Positions 55,560-64,000 of a stretch of DNA of 64,000 nt are shown piece by piece (position 1 is the first letter of the stretch; each line of letters opens with the position of its first letter). This DNA is from Anthoceros angustus (lineage: Eukaryota; Plantae; Anthocerotophyta). The stretch covers positions 434,001-498,000 of the forward strand of contig MU008184.1 in the NCBI GenBank assembly GCA_010909165.1. The letters are read 5' to 3'. The position numbers and the translations under genes are program-made. The notes under the pieces were generated by a model. It had not been told where the DNA came from. It saw only the letters and a program-made list of their open reading frames with translations, and ran no database searches.

Positions 55560-58409
55560 CGTTCAGGGACCGCTGTCGGAAGTTGAGTCTAACGAGAGAC
55601 TGGCAGGATTCTCAGGTACCGTGCATGACCACACCACCCTGAAGGATAGTATCGAGAGAGAGGGTTTAAGGCTTAGGGATCGGGCGCCAAACGGGCCCCG
55701 TGCACGGAAATCTCCTGCCCCGTAGCGGCTCCGTTTTCCAGAGCCGTACTTCTCTCCAGTGCAGTCATTGGGTACCCAAGCGGATTTGTCCTTGACTCCT
55801 ATCCGCAGACGTTGGAAGTCCCCGTCGTCTAAACCTCATGACGAAATTAAAGCGCCTGCTTACCGTACCGCGCGTGTAGCTGCAAACCCCGCGCTGTGCG
55901 GCCGGCAGGCCGCTCTTGTTTCCCGGGGACCAACTCCCCGGCAACTGGTTGCTCTTTCTAGAGAACCCGAGCTCAGCGGTATTGTCCTGTTTAATGGCTA
56001 TGGTTTGGGGATTCTGGGTTTCCGCTCCGTCGACTTATCAATACGCACAAAGGGGGATGCTCACACAACGGATAGCACACACAATACGCAAACAACGCAC
56101 GATACGCACCGCGCACATGATACTAGAAGGGAAACGCGCACACTCCCTTGTCCGGGCAAACAAGGGAAAGCGTTAGAAACAAAACCCAGCACTTGGGCAT
56201 TTGATACCAAAGGGCTGTTGTTGTGAAGCCCTTCGAGGCCCTCTGAAATACGCTCTCTCTTGTCTCGTTCGAAGAAAGGGCTGCTGCTGTAAGGCCCTTA
56301 ACCCCAGAAGGCCGGAGCGACTCACTCCGAGTCGTGAGAGCCTCGTTTTGAGTCCTGGATTTATTTGTGGTCGGATTTTCGATCTGAGACTTTGGAGCAC
56401 AGCATGGCCGGGTCCTCTTCCACCTGCCACATTTTTCCTCGAAAAACACAGACACCATCTTCGCCCTCTATGATGCAAAGATCAAAAGATTCTTGGAAGA
56501 TGCTGAAAGATGCCACTCAATTATGTTGTAGACTATGCCCAAGCCGTTCCGCGCTCCGCCCCCCTGCCGTGCTCTTTCGCTCCCATCCGGATTTGATCGT
56601 TCAAAATTATTTTGGTTAATGAAAGAAAGTCGGATTCATCCCGAATTTTGCGAGCTTGTTGTTCTGAATGTGGTAGTGTAGTTTGCTCAACGAGCAAGTA
56701 TGTCCACATTGGTAGGCAAAGAAAGATGCTCACCTCACGCTGGTGCCCAAGGTGGATCGAAATGGCTATGGATATTTTTTACTGAGGGGGTGGTGCTTTT
56801 TTCTGAACATATAGTCGGAAAGAGGAGGTCATCACGGTAATTGTTATGTTGAGAACATTGCGGTCAGATTTTCTTGTAATTAGTAATTCATAATAACACC
56901 AAAAATGGGGCAAAAAGGCAGCCGGCCTTCTGGGGTTTAGGACTCTCAAATATATGATCTCTACCCGCAATGAACCGGTATCGTAAGGCTCTCCGGAACT
57001 TCCTAGTTTGTTATTTTCATCGTTGTAAAGCCCAGTGTGGTCCTTTAAATTAATCTCTGGAGGATGAGGAACTTTACTTTATTTAAGCCTTTCGAGCCTT
57101 CTTTGGGGATTTCAACAATTCGATATTAAGTGTGTTCATTTTGAAGTTCGTGTGCAGAATTTGTATATCTGATCATCCGGCATCTGCCAATCCATTTTTC
57201 GAGAAACTTGGCCTACCATTGCTTCAAAGAATTGCGTGGCAGAGGTGAAAGAAGCTGGGCAGCACGACGAAGCTCCATGGTCGGGCTGCTAACCCGGGTA
57301 CCCACTGCCTTCCCCCTCACATGGGGGCAGCCAAAAGTTTTTTGCCATGTGCAGGGCCAGTAGACCGTACTTGCGTTATAGTGAACATGGAGGAGAATTA
57401 GTCCTTAGTACATAGTCAGATGGTCAGTTCTTGGGTTATTATTATATATTTAGAAGAGTAAAAATCTCGCACAAATGATATTGAGGAGATGAAAAAGAAA
57501 AAAGAATATACAACAAGAACAAGAAAATAGAAGAGAAGAGTAGACGATATTAATAGGCGAGATGGGGAAAATAGATAGTAGGGTGATGACAAACAAAAAA
57601 GAAAAAGAACAATAAAAGGGAAAATGAGAAACCTTAACCTCTCTATACTATGCTACCAGATAATATCCGCTTCTTGCTTAATAATTTGCATGGGTTATTA
57701 GAACCCATGGACGTTTTGTTCGTTTCACTCTTATTCAATGTTCATCACGCAATTGTGAAGCAATTTTTGAGCACTCTCTTTCAGTTAGATCATTTCTAAT
57801 AAAGCTTGCCAACGCACATCTTACTTGGCAAACGGAAAACGAATTGAACCTATTTTTAGGGAAAATGAGCTGGGTCCTGTAAAAAGAGGAATTATTTCTA
57901 GAAGAAACACGAAGTAATTGTAGTCCATAGATGCAGGCCTATGTTTAAGTGTACAGGGCTACTGGGCTGTCTCTTTAGGAAGAATGACGCCTAGGGACTT
58001 TGTGTAGGGCTGCCATGCAATTTATTATGCTTAGAGAAGAGAGCTCACTAGAGCTATAAGAAGAGCCTTTGCCTTAGTAATAAAAGTCAATGTGAAATAG
58101 GGGTTTGTCCCTCTTGTCTATAGCTTTGTTTTCTTTTTGCTAACATAGCTTTGTGTGCTTGTGAACAAAACCCTTCGTAGGAAGGCTCTCTTTTTCAGTT
58201 CTAACGTGTGTTGGCCTTGACAAGTTGAAGGACATTCACTTTTCCACGTTTTTGCTTTACATTGTGACATACTGATGATATGCATTGTGCTTGTCTCATC
58301 CGTTGTTATGGTCGAGGTTCTTAACTTGTCATATGCCATGTGATCCCTATTGCTGAGTTTGTGTCCTCCTGTGTCCTGACGACAGGCTAACAGTTTCATT
58401 GACTGCCTG

Positions 58410-58435
58410 GACATCCCATAACAATCCCCTTATAA
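58410..58435 (-). mobile_element. Possible PPT/LTR junction
   Basis: Minus strand reads ATAAGGGGAT|TGTTATGGG. The other end is not resolved. Confidence 0.3.
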
Positions 58436-58507
58436 AAGCTAATGCTGACCTTGTATGTGTTGCTTGCTACATTCCCCTCATTCCAATAGCTCTCTAAACT
58501 AGCTTTA

Positions 58508-58711
58508 GGCAACGTATAGTACCAGGAAAGTTATCTGCTATTCAACAATCCTTTTGGGGTTAAGTGGAATGTAAAGGGCACGTATAGTACCGAGAAAGCT
58601 ACCAGATATTCAACAATCCTTTTGGGGTTAAGTAAAATGTAAAGGGCTCATATAGTACCGAGAAAGCTACCAACTATTCAACTATCCTTCAGGGGTTAAG
58701 TGGAATGTAAA
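58508..58711. repeat. Tandem repeat, 3 x 68 bp
   Basis: Unit cores (C[G/A]TATAGTACC) at 58513, 58581 and 58649. Confidence 0.9.
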
Positions 58712-58958
58712 TACAGGATGGGAGTTTATAAATTTATGATGGACCCATGGACCGAAATCGTTTCACATATGTACAAACCTATGACAGCGGCACGGTCGGG
58801 CAATTAACGCAAAGATTTGAGAAACGGCTTCGAGTATTCGGAGTAAACTCAATGATTAACTGGCTAAAATTTCACCCAAAAAAACAAAAGATTTGAGAAA
58901 CGGTTGGTGATAATGGCAGTATAGCAAGTGGGCGCCGGGTTTAGTACGCTGTACGAGT

Positions 58959-58962
<4 letters not shown>

Positions 58963-58997
<35 letters not shown>
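58963..58997 (+). repeat. (GGGGTC)n microsatellite with six G4 tracts
   Basis: Read directly from the sequence. Confidence 0.95.
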
Positions 58998-59851
58998 GCA
59001 GGTCGGGGGTCCTGGTCGAGGTCATCGTCATCTTCCTGTGCCCGGCTCGCGACCGACGTTGAGGCGCGGGCGTCCAAAGGTTCTCCCTCGGACTCGACTC
59101 GACTCAACTTGCGACTCGCAGCATCGCCACGGAGGGCGGGCCACGCACGGGCCAGCCCACGGCACGGCACGGCACCGGCACCGGCCAGGCCGCGCCTTCC
59201 ATTGATGTGCATGCCCGTTCTCTCTGCGGAGGTACACCCACCCACTCCGTCACACTTCCACTCTCCGTGCTCCCTGCTGCCTTGCCTCCGCCCTCGCCGC
59301 GTCCCCACTGCCCTCGCCCGCTGCCATTCCCGCCGCCGCTTGTCGTGCGCGGACATGGCGGCCAGAAGCAGTGCTCAGCCGATTCCCGCAGCGGAGTCGG
59401 CTGAGCACCGGTTCTTGCCGCGAGCATTAGGTCTGGCATGCGCCACGGGACTGCGCTTCGCTTGCCCGGGGAAACTGGCTGCAATCCAGGGTTTCGGTGC
59501 CCTGGTGCTTGCAGCGGGCATCGGCATTTTCTTGCGTCGCTGTTTGGAGGTAGGCAGGCGCCTGACTGTGGCTGAAAGCTGAAAGGATTTTTGTTGCAGA
59601 AGAGGAGTCTTGCATGCCGCCTTTTTGAGCGTCCGCGGATTTGGTTTTGGAGAGGGGAGATGAGACCAAGAAGATCGAGGCATTGTCGGTCGCGTCGATT
59701 TAGTGCTTTGCGAGGTCGGGGATGAGGTTGAGGTCTGTCAGGGAGGGGTGAGGTCAGTGCGGAGAGTAACCACGGCGACAAGAAAGTCTCAAATCTGGCG
59801 CAAGAAGCTGAAGCTCACAGGCGCACTTATGCGGGCCTTCTTGCCGGCAAT

Positions 59852-61396
59852 CTTGATGCCGAGGAGCTGTCGGATTTTGTAGGAGATGGACTCCTTCCCA
59901 AGTGGCCTCTGCCGACCAGAGCCGTGGCCGTGGTGCACAAGGAGCCTCCCATGTCGCACAGGGACAGCTTCTTGCTCCACAGGGAGAGCGCGGTTGTGCC
60001 GCGTGACATTCGGTTTCTTGACCCGGGGTTTGTCACCATGGGGAAACGAGAGGCCAAGACTCTTGATGAGCTGTTCAGGGATTATGGAGTGAGGCCGACG
60101 ACGCTGGAGGCCATGGGGCAGATGGGGTTCACTGTCGGTACCATTATCAATATGACCGACGATGAGTTAGATTCCTTGATAAAGACAATTATAGAGAGCT
60201 ACCGATTGGATCTCTTGGTTGGTGAGAGGTTTGGCATCAAATCGGCTGTCCGTGCTGAGAGGAGGTTTCTGGATGAGATAGACCGTGTTCGGATAGAGAT
60301 GAAGGCGAAAAATGAAAACATGGTTGATTTCAAAGGTCAATTCAAGATGTCGGACTGTACGAAAGCCGGGGTTGGAGTTGTCGGCAGTGGCGCTGGTACC
60401 GGTTGCGCTGTCATGGGCAGCATCTGTGGACCGTCTCCCAAAACTGGTAGGACCCTTGACCACCGATTTTGCTGTGCTTTCCTTCAGCTCCTACGCTGGT
60501 GTACTTTGGCAGCTGTCTTATTGTCCGGTTTGGTGATCTTGTTGTTCCTCAGCACTCAATAAATCTAGGAAGAAGAAGGATGCTAAAGATGAGCAGGCTC
60601 ATTCCCTGTTAAATGGGAATGACCTTGCCGTCATGAGTCCAGTGGCTCTGCCAGGGCTGCTCTCTGAGCTTAGTAGCGACAGTGAAGGAAAAGCTGGAGC
60701 TGGGAGAAGGAAGCCCAAGAGGAAGCGCAAGGCTAGGGAGCCTGGTGAGGATGGGGATGACAGGCCAAGGGAACATCCGTTTGTCGTGACAGAGCCTGGA
60801 GAGCTGGCAAGGGGGAAGAAGAATGGTTTAGATTACCTGTTCAACCTGTACGAGCTGGCTGGAAAGTACTTGGAGGAGGTGCAGCTTATCGCAAGGGAGA
60901 AGGGGGAAAAGTGTCCGACCAAGGTAAGCTGTTTTCTGATGTGTTCTTTTACTGAATTGGGGTATGAAAAAGAATCTTTACATTGATGATTTAATGGTCT
61001 TCAAAGTTCATACTTGAGACATGCATGAAACTGGTTCATCCTCTCATGCTTCTCATGGATCTGGTGGTGCAGGTCACGAACCAGGTCTTCCGACATGCGA
61101 AACTGCAGGGTGCTGGCTACATCAATAAGCCAAAGATGAGGCAATATGTACACTGCTATGCTTTGCACTGTTTAGCTAGTGCCGAGTCAGATGAACTTAG
61201 AAGGTCCTCCAAGGAGCGGGGAGAGAATGTTGGGGCGTGGTGTCAAGCCTGCTACCAACCGCTTGTAAAAATGGCTAGAGAAAAGGCCTGGGACATAGAG
61301 GGGTTGTTCAACAGCCACGAAAAGTTGAGGATTTGGTATGTCCCAAAGAAGCTAATACAGCTGTGTCATGCAGAGAAGAGTAAGCACTACCAATAG
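59852..61396 (+). CDS. LFY: LEAFY/FLORICAULA transcription factor, 3 coding exons (..60446, 60553-60923, 61073-61396); start codon uncertain
   Basis: SAM domain [13 protein letters not shown]...[16 protein letters not shown]...[19 protein letters not shown]-binding domain [29 protein letters not shown]|[49 protein letters not shown]. Confidence 0.98.
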
Positions 61397-62799
61397 CTCA
61401 GTATTGCAGGGAGAAAGTTCAATTCTTTGAGTCTTGCCTCTTGCCTATCTAGAAAGAACCATGTGCGTACGCTATGTGGGCAGTGTAGTCTATGTGGGCA
61501 ATGTGAACTTGCAAGAAGCGACGGACTGGAGATGAGATCAGCTGTGCAACGGGTTTCGTAAGCGAGGCTCTGACTTGACATGAAACTCCCACTCAAAGAC
61601 ATGAACTCCCGGCTTCCAAATCCAGATTCCCAACCCCGTGCTGGACGCGCCCTGGGTAAGCACGTCCACGCTAGATAGCCTCTCTTCAGTATCGTTAAGT
61701 CTGCCCTTGACTTAAAGAGTTCCAGGTTTCTACACCTGGGTAAACATGCAAGGTTAGTACTAAACATGGCTGTTGGTTCACACACACCCTTCTCTTGTCA
61801 TTGCCCGGCTCTGGCAATACACCTGGGCAAATGTAAATGGACGAAGGTGCCAGGATTACCATGCAGATGTACGTCAGAGGTCCAAGCAACAAGGCACAAG
61901 CATACACCTATCAGGGACATGACACGGTGAGTGCTGCTGGAACTAAGCAACGCAATTTACAGCTAGGAAGTTTGCACAACGAGTTTCTCAATGGAATAGC
62001 AGCAACGGCAGCTAGACACCCTTCAGTGCTGAACACTCCTGCGCAGGGAACAACGCTTCAGTACAAATGCAAAGGCAGGTGCTGGCTCCGATGCCGGGAG
62101 GATGGCCTGATGGCCTAGACAGTGGGCATGGGAACACAGGCTCTTGGCCTGCTCCTGTGGCATCCTCACTCAGGCGTAACTAATTGTAACTACCTTGTAA
62201 CCTGCGAAAGTCCACACTTCCCCATAGCAGACTCAGAGCGCCCCTGGATGCTCGGCTCATATGCTCAGGCTCGAAAGAAGCGTTTAAGAAACCATGGCCT
62301 AACAGTATCATGCATTTTATATTGATATTATAAATAATATCTCATATGTTTCTGTATTTTGTTTTCACGAATTGATTGCCTCTTTCCTTTAGTATCATGC
62401 GTATCATGCATTTTGTAAAACCCTGTAATATAACAACCCCCGTTCTTCGCTGGCTTCTAGTCGGTAACCGCGTTCTAAACATCTACCGAAGGCATTTTAA
62501 ACAAGGGTGCTCAAGCCATCTGACCATCAGAGTCGATTGTTTGGAGACAACTAAATTGACGTACAGTAAATGTCGATATCTCGGCCCCGTTTGGATAGTC
62601 ACACATGACAACTGTTTGCATCAACCATGCTCCCAGACTAAAACGTACATGTTCATCGATGGTCACAGGCAAAATCAGCTTGAAGCCCTTGTTCGTCGAT
62701 CTGGTCATAGAGCTGCCCTCCCACATGAGAAGGTGCCATGGTCACACATGGCTGCAGGAGGTATAAAAAAGTCAGACGATCAGGTGCAACAAAGTCTTC

Positions 62800-63740
62800 T
62801 TCTTGCATTGCCCTCTACAGATGAAGGGCTCAAGTTGTCCCAAGCCCTGACGAGAATATCCTGCTGTCCTGGCATTCCATGTCACCACACCTTCTTTTGC
62901 CAAGCTTGTCAAACACACCACAAGCATCGATATCACCCAGGCTGCCACATCCTGCATACATGCTTACCAAACTCCAGGTGTGGAACAATCATCCTTCAGC
63001 CCACGTTCTCCAATTTGTGGGTGAAGCTGCTTCCAGAACTGGGGTACCCACACTAGCACATGCGTGCAGTAGACACACAAATGTCACAGATGTTTTCTGC
63101 GCCATCTAAATGGCCTGCACGCCCTAGAAGATCAGTCATGCAATTGGGATGCTGAATATTAGGTTTCCATGCCATCCTGTTCAGGCATGGAATCAAAGTG
63201 CTTGCGACCTCATTCCCCAGTCCCTCACGACTCCCTGGTCTTAAAAGGGAAGTAAAAGTAGCATCATCAGGCTCACTACGGCGGTGAACATCTCCTCGAA
63301 TCAAGCTAGTGCGTTCTGTGACCTTCATCACAAGTACCACACAAAGCTATCAACCCATTCCATGTCACCACATCCTTCGTGGCTTAGCTGTCAAACACCC
63401 GGCGTGCATCGTCCAGTTCGCCAACTTTGCACACTTCTTGGCTGCGACCTTCCTGTTCATACCCAGAATCAGAGCCGCTCATGTTGCCACATATTTCGTG
63501 TCCAAGTGTCAAGCACCTGGCTTGCATCTTCCAGTTCGACAATTGCATAAATGCCAAGCAGACAAGTGCCCACAGGTGTGCTATCCTCTTTCCAAAGTCT
63601 GTGAATGCAGCTGCCTGGCCTTCTGTAAGGCACCAACGCTTGCCAGGGCCTTCAGAAGCGAAAGTGACATAGTCATCCACAATCAGGCTCTCCTGTTCGA
63701 ATTGCACACAACAGAATACAACCTTCTTGGCCGAGCCTAT
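62800..63740 (-). pseudogene. Degraded PLS-class PPR gene
   Basis: Fragments ELDDARRVFDS, EPDDATFTSLL, HPNCMTDLLGRAGHLDGAE and KEGVVTWNA, with many stops and indels. Confidence 0.85.
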
Positions 63741-64000
63741 GCTTGCGTACCCGTGCTTGTCACCGCATCTTTGTGGCTAAGCTGTTGTAGAGTCAGCTCA
63801 TGGGCTCCAGCCGCAACCACTCGTTCAACGTCAACCTGGTTTCCCCAGTCTCTGACTGACTTCTTTTCCTCGGTTCGGCAGGGGGTCCCCAGATGACCCA
63901 GCTGGACAGGAACACAATGGGATACAGAAGAATGAAAGCCCTGCAGGTAGAGGGCGGAGGTGCAGACCCTGGTTGTTTTCCGACGAGTCCCACGGTTCCC

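Noticed and set aside
56195-56220. PBS-like TGGTATCAAA on the minus strand
   Set aside because: Imperfect match, atypical spacing from any CA end, and no associated LTR or gag.
56600-57330. Possible degraded gag on the minus strand
   Set aside because: Many stops and no motif strong enough to support a call.

Overview
Compact, GC-rich land-plant nuclear DNA with short GT-AG introns, most likely a hornwort. The inference rests on a LEAFY with the Q312/C345/H387 residue set and a PLS-PPR gene ending in a GRP-type DYW:KP domain. From left to right the window holds: the 3' end of a Ty1/copia element; a degraded and an intact GH1 beta-glucosidase; two AT-rich islands with intronless zinc-finger ORFs (RING-H2 relic, divergent PLATZ); an intronless microbial-type nitroreductase plus a relic of a second copy; an Rpr2/Rpp21-domain gene; a frameshifted ankyrin-PGG gene; a filament-like plant protein (DUF869); LHP1; a P450 relic; CFIm25 with a 740-bp tandem duplication of its 3' exons; a four-member IDN2/FDM-like (zf-XS/XS/XH) array interrupted by a gag-only ORF; a PPR-DYW:KP candidate U-to-C editing factor preceded by an OSB-type PDF ssDNA-binding motif; LEAFY; and several PPR relics. 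Many frameshifts are short indels in homopolymers or near-identical repeats, so some apparent pseudogenes may be sequencing or assembly errors. No rRNA, tRNA or CRISPR array was recognised. All family calls come from motif recognition by eye; no database searches were run.
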